This document shows, in pieces, positions 27,213-36,987 of a stretch of 64,000 nt of DNA. How positions within the stretch are numbered: the stretch's first letter is position 1; each line of letters opens with the position of its first letter. The notes below the pieces were generated by a model. It did not search any database, was not told where the DNA came from, and saw nothing but the letters and a program-made list of their open reading frames with translations. The stretch is taken from assembly GCA_000002435.2 (NCBI GenBank), contig CM018791.1; one strand, given 5' to 3'. The stretch comes from Giardia intestinalis (Eukaryota). The position numbers and the translations under genes are program-made.

Positions 27213-29727
27213 GGCCTAAACCTGTGCATTTGGCTTGTGTCCCTGTGAATTGCACAACCTCTGGAAAGCTTATGGAGTCTTCTATTAAGCCTAGTAGCCG
27301 GTCAGTAAAGTCTGACAGGCGCTGTCTCTGCATAGAGTATGACCCGCACGTATCTGTCGAAAAGCTAAACAGCTGGGACAAGAGACTTGTAAACAGATCG
27401 ACATGCCTCCAGTACCGTTTGCTGGGCAAGGATACCTCCACGGTCCTTTCACCGTCCACTCGATGTACACTGAGATCGGAAGCCTTCACAGAGGTTCCAA
27501 TTATCATGTACCATATGCACGACGCTATTCCCGAGTAGTCCGGCTCATATAGCCAGTGCTTTTCTACTATTGGACACGGCGTCACAACAGACATGCTTGT
27601 ATAGTGAAACTGAACTGGAACGTCGTTAAGTGTGAAGAGGGATGCATCAATAGCTTTGCCAAAGTCGCATGCCACGGGTACCAGGAATCCACTTTCGTCA
27701 GCAAAGCCAAAGTCAGCTTCTAACTTTGGAGTGACGTGCTTTTCTGTCTTAGAGGAGCAGCTCTGTGTTTCGTGCTTGACGGTAGGACACGCTGCAACAC
27801 GCTGATCCACATTTGTCTTTCCCTTTTCTTCCTTGCCCTTTAGAAAGCTCAAGAGTGTGGGATCTGTAGAGATTGTGATTAGCCAGTTATCTACTTTAAT
27901 GTCTGTATGCACAATATTCGCTTCGTGGAACGTCTTTACTGTCTTGATCATCAAGTATGAAATCCATAAAATAACATTTTCAGGAAGACAAGTCAAGCCT
28001 CGCTCAACCCTGTCATAGCACTGTTTGCATAGCTCGAACAGAGTTACGCCAGGGATGTACTCCATAACAAAGGCCCCCAGGCCTTGGTTATTGACTATTG
28101 ACGCGATAAATCGCGTATAGAGGCAGTCACTCAGAGAGTCTGCCAGCCGTAGGGTGAGCGCAGATAAGCTGTATATTTCACGTAGGAAGGACGTGCTTAT
28201 TGCACAAACCGCGTGCTCGCCTATTTCAACAGAGATAGAGTCTTTTTTCCTGGTAAAGAACTTCACAGCTACTTTTACCAAATGGCCAGGCCGTGCAGAG
28301 TGCAATGCATCAGCTGCAAAGACCTTTCCAAATGCACCGGCGCCTAGAAGCTCTGTTAGTGTCAGAAGTATCTTGCAGTCTGGTCTGCTACATGAGCTTT
28401 CCTCTTCTCGCGTCAGATTCCTTTGAAGATCTTCAAATGTGGTTTCAGTGCTACCTCCTGTAGTACTATCTCCTTTAGTGTTCTGGTCTGTGTCTTCTTC
28501 ATGTCCATTCTCGTCCCAGCAAGGATCTAGCTTGGGGTACACGACTGGGCATGTAGCATCCATAATTCTAGATACCCGATAAGGGCAGATCATAAGGGTA
28601 GTTCCACTCTCAGGATTAGTAGGGAACACATCCACCTCTTCCACAAATGTCAGCACAATTCGGTTTCTTTGAAGAGATGGAGCCATGTCAACAAGGGCAA
28701 AGTAGAACGCTCGCGGAATGTGATACGGCTCTATTATGTTGCTGATGACTAGGTCATTTTGGGTTGGGCCTTGACGAGATGTATACAGGAGAATCTGGCA
28801 CCGCGGCGAAAGAGTATAGACCATGCGGGATATTATGTGGGGGTCATTCGCCAGTTGGGAGTAGGGATTCAGATTCTCCAGCTGTTTTCGTGCAATTAGG
28901 CGGCCTATAAAGCACATGTGTAGATCCAGGAGATGCTGCTCCTCGGGAGAGATAAAACTATTTGCCGTTTCACTATATGTTAGGATAAATATGGGCAGGG
29001 TCTTACAATGGATCTTTGGATGACTTGATCCTTGCCCACTTGGCTCTGACGGAGAGCTGTACGACTCGTGGTCTACATATAGCTCTGCTGGGATATTCGT
29101 TATGGAGAGGTTCTGGGGAGATGTCTCGGCTGTCCATACAAAGAATCTAGAGCCGTTGCTGGTGCTGGTGATCGCCTTGAGGCGCCGGATAGACGCCTGG
29201 AACGCCTTCTTTGCTCGAGCACTAGTGCAGTTGTTATAGCCAAGAATATAGTAGTGCATCGCTCGGCTTTTGTCACGGACCTGGAACTCATAGTAGACCC
29301 CTGCCTGACAATACAGTTCAGGAGCTTTGCGGCCGATGTTGTGCGCATCATAGTATGCAATGATGCCATCCTGGTTGGAGAATAGGCATTGGTAAGCTAG
29401 GGCGAGCACCACAACTCGTCTATCGTTTAACAGCTCCGGGTGTTTCTGGGCATAGCTTATGGTCAATCTACACAGGTCCTGGAGAAGCAGTTGGAGCGGT
29501 CTCGTGGGTCGAAGCTGGAATAGTTTCTGGATCTCAAAGAACAGCGATATCCGCTCCTGCATAGATGCCTCCACTTTTTGAGGATTGTCTAGTGTTTGAC
29601 CTGACTGTAGTCTCATGATGCGCGCCACTCCCTCCCTCAGCATCGTTATTTTTCCATCAGCAAGGCCCCGTTTCAGCTCTGGCTCTCCACTCGACGGAGC
29701 TGACTCACAGCCCAAAGCTGTCTCCAT
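27184..29727 (-). CDS. Protein kinase with a large N-terminal non-kinase region
   Basis: The kinase subdomains are present in the C-terminal half: GAGAFGKVF, VAVKF, HTDIKVDNWLI and DFGKAID. The N-terminal ~400 aa are helical and unassigned. Confidence 0.7.
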   Translation of the reverse strand: METALGCESAPSSGEPELKRGLADGKITMLREGVARIMRLQSGQTLDNPQKVEASMQERISLFFEIQKLFQLRPTRPLQLLLQDLCRLTISYAQKHPELLNDRRVVVLALAYQCLFSNQDGIIAYYDAHNIGRKAPELYCQAGVYYEFQVRDKSRAMHYYILGYNNCTSARAKKAFQASIRRLKAITSTSNGSRFFVWTAETSPQNLSITNIPAELYVDHESYSSPSEPSGQGSSHPKIHCKTLPIFILTYSETANSFISPEEQHLLDLHMCFIGRLIARKQLENLNPYSQLANDPHIISRMVYTLSPRCQILLYTSRQGPTQNDLVISNIIEPYHIPRAFYFALVDMAPSLQRNRIVLTFVEEVDVFPTNPESGTTLMICPYRVSRIMDATCPVVYPKLDPCWDENGHEEDTDQNTKGDSTTGGSTETTFEDLQRNLTREEESSCSRPDCKILLTLTELLGAGAFGKVFAADALHSARPGHLVKVAVKFFTRKKDSISVEIGEHAVCAISTSFLREIYSLSALTLRLADSLSDCLYTRFIASIVNNQGLGAFVMEYIPGVTLFELCKQCYDRVERGLTCLPENVILWISYLMIKTVKTFHEANIVHTDIKVDNWLITISTDPTLLSFLKGKEEKGKTNVDQRVAACPTVKHETQSCSSKTEKHVTPKLEADFGFADESGFLVPVACDFGKAIDASLFTLNDVPVQFHYTSMSVVTPCPIVEKHWLYEPDYSGIASCIWYMIIGTSVKASDLSVHRVDGERTVEVSLPSKRYWRHVDLFTSLLSQLFSFSTDTCGSYSMQRQRLSDFTDRLLGLIEDSISFPEVVQFTGTQAKCTGLGLAQWKRGYS

Positions 29728-29972
29728 TGCTATTATACAACCCAGGCTACAGTTTATGCTTCATCAGCATACATGCAGTAGAGTCTATGCCTTGTGCATT
29801 ACTGTCTGTAGCGCCTACTGGAACCTTTATTTCGAGAAATTCACTTTACTGGAATAGGTAAGTGGATGCGTGACCTATAGTATAGTTGTTGATGTGAGAA
29901 TGCTGCTCTGGTACTGTATCATGTTGTTAGATGACATCTCGCTTACCAGAGAACACTCCTGCTTCTTCTTCG

Positions 29973-31480
29973 TTATGATGCAATAACAGTGATGGCGACA
30001 GCAGCTATTACAATCAGTATAATTGGCACAGAGACTACCGCTGTCGTGGCGCTTTTCAACCTCTTTTCCAGTTTCTTCGATGCACTGCAGATACCATGTT
30101 CGTCTAAGCTGTACCCATCAAAGCATTTAACACATTTATCATCTTTGCATTCTCTGCAACTTATTTCATACTCATACATGCACGTACCGTAGCTTGTTAA
30201 ACAATAACATTCTTCACACTGTAAGCACCTACCGCTTCCAGAGAGAATTCTGCGCCGTTCACAAGCCTCTAAACTACAGCTCCTCACATCACTAAGGCGC
30301 GTACCTGGATTACGCTTTGTACACTATCCATTTTGACAACATTCACAATTATAATTTAGATAGCAGTCGCTGTAACCATGCGTAGGATAAGTTATCATAC
30401 AAACTCCAGGAAGACACGTAGTGCATCCAACACCATCTGCGTAAGACGCACATCTCAGAGGTGTTAGTGATATACAACCAAAAAAGGTAAAAAAACACAA
30501 TTTGCCGTGCATTTAGTACACTTCCTTCCACTGGAGCACTCAGCGCATCCTAGTGTCTCTTTACGCTCACATATTCCATAGGCAGCAAGGCAATACTCTA
30601 CTTCACACTGTGCGCAAGTTCTTTGGTCGGCGCACAACATGCAATGCAGATTTTCTTTTCCAGTACAGGCTAAAGTTCGTAGGTCAAAACAATAACCCTC
30701 ATCACACTCGGTACAATACCCTTCTCCTGCACAAAATGCACAGTGAATAGGAATGTTGACAAGTTATACACATGTTGCTCCATAAGTTGAGTTTTCTAAA
30801 TAGTAACTATCATTATATTGAATACATCTCATTTCACTCCATTGGTAGGTACAATGAGCACAAGCATCGGGACACTTAGTGCATACACCATCAGAATTTA
30901 AGCCATAGCCTGTCACGCACTCCGCACATCATGCATCCCGGACAAGATAAGCAATTCAGAGATTCCTTTAATACGTATTTTTGCTGCTGTTAAGGCAATA
31001 TCTATCCTGACATTGGGTGCATATTCCGCTATTAGGACAACGCCTACAGGATATCTTGCTTAAACGCTTACAAGTGTTGTCACTGATGAGACAGTATCCA
31101 CTTATACATTTGTACACACAATGTTTCCAGGGCAAACTTCACAGTTAAAGGATTCCCTCGCAATACCTTTTCCAGCACTGCTTTTGCATCTGTTCTCTGG
31201 ACAAGGATCCAAGGCAGAGAGTATTGACTCTCCTACTCTGAACGACAGATCTTCTTTGCAGACTCCTTGATTCATCCTGCATCCTTCCCTACATGCCATG
31301 CATCTACTTCTGGCCTACACACCGCAATGTGGTCCACACAAAGTATCGTTTTCACTATTCTCCAAAACCTATGTGCACACCCAGATACCCTCATCGTTCA
31401 TCATGGGTGTCCCCTTTGGACGTTTCTGAACACACTCTGAGTTACCAAGGAGGTCGAGAAAATAGCCATCGATACATCTA
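29973..31480 (-). pseudogene. Degenerate high-cysteine membrane protein (HCMP/VSP-like) gene broken by frameshifts and stops
   Basis: The minus strand reads Cys-rich CxxC/GYC-type peptide in shifting frames across about 1.5 kb (ORFs 31102-31299, 30324-30531, 29973-30287). The last piece ends with a single TM helix and a short tail that is not CRGKA. Confidence 0.5.
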
Positions 31481-33192
31481 AGGCAGACAGTTCCCAAAGG
31501 ATTGCAGAGCTCACAATGCGAGATATCTAGACATAGAGTCGACCTTCCAGCTGATTCGGACAGACATCAGTAACATAGTACGTGAGCAACATCAATCCAA
31601 TGGAGAACATGGTCTTTTTAATTTTGATTATACTTATTAAGAATCCAAATCAAATTAGCAAGGGCTCCGGTCAAACGTTGACACTAAAATCAATGCTCAA
31701 GCTTGTGGCCTCTCTCAGAGACTTGTGCCGGATCTGCTTCCTCCGCGGGTATAGGATCAGATATCTAGATATCCTATGTTCGTCTGCCCTATAATGCCTG
31801 TAGTGTTATAATTTATTACCGATCTACTTTGTCTGCTTGTCTAGCTGTGCTTCACAAATAGACACGGCGTTCGATAGGGATTTTTTTAACAGCGTGTCAT
31901 AATAGTCGCTACTGATTGCAATCCTACACTGTGGTGATTGTGCTTCCTTTGGTCAAATACCGTGTGTAAGAATTCTGCATTAAGGCTAAAACTATATAGT
32001 AGAGATTTCTATAAGGTTGTCTTGTACAATCCACACTCAAAGAATGAGATAGTATCAGCTTCACTTTATATCATATCCGTAGGTGTATCTGGCACCTAAG
32101 GGCTTTGAAAGACTCTTTGATTGTCAAAAATAATCATCTGACAATCACTTGACTATTGGAGCATGTAATTAGTGTAAATAGTGTATATTTCATTTTCATG
32201 ATTTGAAAGGTATTTAGAATACGTTTTAAAGCAGCAACTCTTTTAAATTAGAAAGATATTTTGCTGATTTTGGTTTGACGTATATCACGACAGTCACTCT
32301 GCTGTGCGCACTGTGAATTGCAAACCCCACAGCCTCGAAGCGTTCTGGAGACCAAAGCAGAATTACTCTCGCATTGGTAATAGGGGACCTTGGAGTCCCT
32401 ATAGTAGTAAGCTTTCCTTTCAGAAGCCATCCCTTATGTTAATTAACTGTAATCAGCTACACTATGCATGTTTCAATACTCAACTGAGTCTTCATGTATG
32501 ATCAGGTCAATCTCTGCAGTTAGATAGGCATTTAATAGCACCTGGTGTACTCTCAAGCTTTACACAATCTAATAGTTAATACCACAACATTTGTCAAGCC
32601 TGTGAAAACATTGAAGAACCCACTTTTCATAGACGCTTTTCTACAACCGTTAATGATTTGATCAATACTCACTATAACGTCCCTCTACTACTGTACACCT
32701 GCTGTAATATAAATTTAGTATGACAAAAGCTACCGATGAATGTTGTATATGAGTAGACATCCTCACTCCTTCACCACATCTTTTTTATTGGCAGAGGCTC
32801 GGTCCTTAAGTGAGAGTACTAGTCTATTTCATCCTTGTTATAGAGAAAGTGTAAGCATTATTGCAAACCCAGAGATTGTAATTGACAGGCATATACTACC
32901 TCCATGTCTGCACTCTGGATGCAACAACCACAGCGCAGCTGCATCTCCGATCATTCTGTGCACGCCTTCTGGCACGGGCAGGTGCGCCGGAGGGGGTGTA
33001 CTGCCCACCGCCGAGAAATGGATGAGCTCCTGGTCGGCCCGCCCCGCCTGGAACTTAGAGACCGCCATTCACGGCCGTGAAGAGAGTTCTCGCAAGTAAA
33101 TCTCTCGGGTTGATTCACACGGCGGGTAACCATCCGGTAGAATTCCGTATTGAATTAACTCGCTTAATTAAAAAGTTAGTATCCACGACAAT

Positions 33193-34065
33193 ATGGTGAG
33201 GCCCTGCCTGACCGTGGAAAATCAGTCAAAGGTGCTGCGCTGGCTTGCCACAGAGATCATAAACGCAATCCATCCAGAGGAGACGGTGGAGGACCTTCTT
33301 GCAAACCCGTGTCTGCTCCACTCGTACATGCTCAAAACATCCGTGGACTGGCATTGGATCTCTAACGAGGTTGGCGTGGACGAGAAGAAGGTTTCTCGTT
33401 GGTACTATGAAACGCACCTGCGCCACATCCTAACTATAAAGATGACTAACGAAGACCGTGGAGAGATTCGCAAGATTATCATCAATTGGATCCGCTGCCA
33501 GCAAGTTCCAGACGAGCGGCTTTACCAAGCAATTCATGAGAAGTTTGGAAAGAAGTACTCGCGTCAAGAGCTACGGATGACGTACTACAATATGCTTAAC
33601 AGTCGTTGCATACGGGCCGTCCTTACTGAGTGCAATATTCAGCGTCCGACAAGGCGGAGAAGGCCTCCTGAAACAGAGCGTGCAGGGCTATCTTCCTCGA
33701 CCGTCCTTCACATACCCGGGTATGCTTCCGGTCCTCAACCAGCCCCCTTAGACCATAGAAAGTTGTCCCAGTCAAGTACTCACAAGTATTCTCCAGAAGC
33801 AGCCTCTTTCTCTCAGATTGACGTCAAGGCAGAAAGTGGACTGAATAACGATATTCCAGATGAACCCGTTACCTTTAGTCCTCTTGCATTCCAGAGCATT
33901 GCCCAACAGCAACCGTACATTAAGCTACTCAATCTACAGTCAGTCCCGCTCTCCCTCGATATTAACGGCCAATTAGCATGCATCCCCCTAATCATAGTTG
34001 AGCCAGGAGCCAACATCTGGTCCATTACTCCCAATGAGGAGCCAGTGGGAGGCGCTGGACAGTAG
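33193..34065 (+). CDS. Hypothetical protein with a tandem Myb/SANT-like domain (IR-L copy)
   Basis: 290-aa ORF with two Trp-spaced repeats: DWHWISNEVGVDEKKVSRWYYETHL and INWIRCQQVPDERLYQAIHEKFGKKYSRQELRMTYYNML. These resemble W..IA..LgR...C..rW...L Myb repeats. It is followed by a basic RRRRPP stretch. Confidence 0.55.
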   Translation: MVRPCLTVENQSKVLRWLATEIINAIHPEETVEDLLANPCLLHSYMLKTSVDWHWISNEVGVDEKKVSRWYYETHLRHILTIKMTNEDRGEIRKIIINWIRCQQVPDERLYQAIHEKFGKKYSRQELRMTYYNMLNSRCIRAVLTECNIQRPTRRRRPPETERAGLSSSTVLHIPGYASGPQPAPLDHRKLSQSSTHKYSPEAASFSQIDVKAESGLNNDIPDEPVTFSPLAFQSIAQQQPYIKLLNLQSVPLSLDINGQLACIPLIIVEPGANIWSITPNEEPVGGAGQ

Positions 34066-36684
34066 CGTTCTTTGGTATTGCTCTTCTAACTCATGATAAA
34101 GGATTTGCCGCCTTTTATCTTGCAGAAGACTAGACTTATCTGTACCCCACACTTGATTGCAGATGCAGCAGGACCATGTGCAGGCCATGAAGGTCACGCA
34201 TTGACAAAGCAAACTGGAATTATTCACAGAGGTGGTTTTTGGCAAACTTGTAATCTAGTGGCACGTCATCTTTGGGCTAAGTTGCCTAACTTCTAATCGT
34301 ATATCTACGGCTTCCCTATTTACGCGGTTCTTTGCAGGAGCTAGACCTACTGAAGCATACTTAGCACATAATTCCGCAGATGAGGATACGCGATAATATT
34401 ATCAGCATCCCAATCTCATTCTTGTCAATAACGAATGTATCGATCCACAGATGCTAGTTTCTATCAGCCGAATTAGACTCGCTTAGCAGCCCGTAGAGAT
34501 GATGTAGCTCACCACCGAAGTACTTCCACATCTGCTTTTTTCCGTTTTAGACATAAAGTTGGAACTCATTATTTACCCCGTCAATGATTTTCTGCGTTCA
34601 CTGATGGGTGTATATTATTCTATATTGTCAGTTATCTAGGGACCTCTTTCATAGGAGCGCCACATCAACCCCCTTTATGTTCCTCTTACATTTTATTATG
34701 TGCTTTACATCTTCTTGTCTATCAATATTCACACCCCCATGGATATGCCAGATACATATCTGTATCATATGCTACTGTGATCATAGGTTTGTTGTAAATA
34801 AGGGTGTGATCGGTACCACCACAGAACTCGTTAAACCCTGTCTGCCTTGAGAGTACGCTAATGGGACTACATGCTCAATCTGAGCAGATGTCTGTGGGCT
34901 TGTGTGCTAGCTGGAATAAGATAGGTGACTACTCTGTATGATCATCCTGTTATCATGATTAGGTAGCCGCGAAAGATTAGACGTCATTGCAGGAGCAGAC
35001 AAGGCACTAGGACAGCGATTTGCTTTCCAAGGATGACGTGGATTAATAGGTTAGTAGGCAGTTCTTGGATGCAGGAGTATTAGTGGATTTGTAGACTCGC
35101 GTAGTTATGCATACAGGTCATGGTAGGGGCTCTGGTAATTCTCTGATGGTGGCCCACTTTGGCAAGAGCTCAGCTGGGAAAGGCAAGGCGCTGGACGAGG
35201 ACGCGGAGAAAGTTCGGCACCCCGTGTTCCCACGACGTCTCCGATCGCAGTACTGGCGGGGCCTGACGGCGCTTCTCTTCTTAATTCGGAACGAGTTAAG
35301 GAGTTTCCGCCGTAGGATGGCCGAACTGGCGGCTGAGGGAGCTGTGCGATGTGTCAGAGATTGTTAGAGATTCATACTGTATATTGTGCAATGGCTAACG
35401 TGTATGGGTGTCCCACCGAAGACCCGGTGAAGGATGGCACCGGAGATGAGACAGGATGACCCCTGGTGGAGGAGACCACGGTGCGGGCTTGCCTGCAGAT
35501 GCCGTGGCTAAAATCTCAGCCCGTCCAGGAATCTAACAGAGATTATGCAGCCGGACACTGGGACCTACCGGAGAGCCGCATCGCCCCTGCACGAGCCAGC
35601 AAGCACTGCCTTCGACCCGACCACAGTTGGGAACGCTCATGTCCGTGGATGCCGTCGGTCAGGTCCCTGAAGACCACCCTGCTCACAGCCCCAGGGATCC
35701 CTCTGCAGACTCTGATTTCTATATCCCTGGGGTAGATGTTTGCGGATAGCGGCACAGGGCTCAGCAGAACCGCCAGAAGATCCGCAGCACACTGTCATTA
35801 ACTATAAACGTCTTGCGGTATTCATTCCATGGCTAAGCCACCAATAATGGCACTGGAACTGGAGTAAGACACTTCTAGGGTGCGACTACAGGACCGTGGA
35901 GGAGCTTCCTTCCCACGAAGGAGACCCTGCAGCTAGGGCGTGGTCCATCAACGCTTAGAACTGCACACCTTGGTAGAAGCAGAGCCAAGCCCACACTTAG
36001 AAATCGATGGCTGCCCTCTTGGACCCCGCACATGGTAATAGCTATAGAAAAGAGCTTGGGCAAGGAGATCACGCGGACCAGGTGTACCCGGACTGAGAAG
36101 CGTCTACTTCATCAAGTAACGGTAACCGGTCTATGCACACAGACCATGTTTGGCGGCAAGCTCCCCTGTAGCTCATGTATACACTGCGAACCGCTGCCTA
36201 GAGGCTTGCGTTGGAGATGCTGCAAGACACTAATGGTTGAAAGGTGTGACTAGCCGTTCTTCTAGATATCGTCTCTTTGGATGCGCCGGGTACCTAAGGC
36301 GATAGTCCAGCGCTGCACGCCTTGACTGCCACGGGCCTTGTGCATAGCCGACCAGGTGCCCGACACACGCCGCTTGGGAGTGCCCAGACCACACGGTGCC
36401 GTAATCGGGCTGCTAAGGTGCGAGAGATGGTGCACAGAGGCGCATATCAGAGCCAAGAGTCTGTGTGTCGCCTGCCTCTGGGTGGAATAGTTGTACAATA
36501 GTAGGGGGTGCTCATTGCCATACAGAAGCGGGCACGGCAAAACATGGAGGCGCGGTCCTACCGCAGGATTCGACGGATGCTCGGAGACAGGTGGTCCAAC
36601 GGTTTTATGGAATGACGGCGCAACGGCCATGGAGTGGGCAGGTGCAATAGGCGATGCGTTTACTACCTAAGTACACAGCTAAGT

Positions 36685-36726
36685 CTACGCCTTCCCCCTG
36701 CACAGGAACCACCAGCAGAGGAAGCC
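36685..36726 (-). pseudogene. Orphan VSP 3' fragment (…GFLCWWFLCRGKA, stop and poly(A) signal) at the inner end of IR-L
   Basis: The minus strand encodes the invariant VSP tail and the downstream ACTTAGGTAGTAAAC motif. Upstream of the arm boundary the sequence is not VSP-like. Confidence 0.75.
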
Positions 36727-36987
36727 GACGAGCACAGTGACAGCAATGTACAGGAATGCATCCCGAACAATCATTCCACAAGAGAGGTGCGGTCTGAGTC
36801 TAGCCTCAACTGGTCCTATTTCTATGGAAGTCAGGAGGAACTGCACTGTCAGCTGGCCTCCGGTGGGCGTACTCCTATCTCGTCCTTCTCCAGTCCAACT
36901 GATCAAGGAGAGTAAGAGCGGCTGTCTCTTACTGCTCGCGGTAACACATCAGCCTGACGGAAGAGCAGTGGCATACGAACCCGGCTA

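Larger units (their letters stand above)
32886..36726. repeat. Left arm of a 3841-bp near-perfect inverted repeat (IR-L)
   Basis: Every ORF in 32.9-36.7 kb has an identical reverse-strand twin in 39.8-43.6 kb, with mirror coordinates summing to 76489. The base-level boundaries were checked by hand. One mismatch was seen (about 35927 versus 40562, giving Val versus Ile in a small ORF). Confidence 0.9.

Noticed and set aside
33100-33192. Possible tRNA or small RNA in short intergenic segments, for example 33100-33190 and 36950-36987
   Set aside because: No cloverleaf-compatible sequence with a GTTCRA T-loop and acceptor stem could be traced by eye. There is insufficient support without a covariance-model search.
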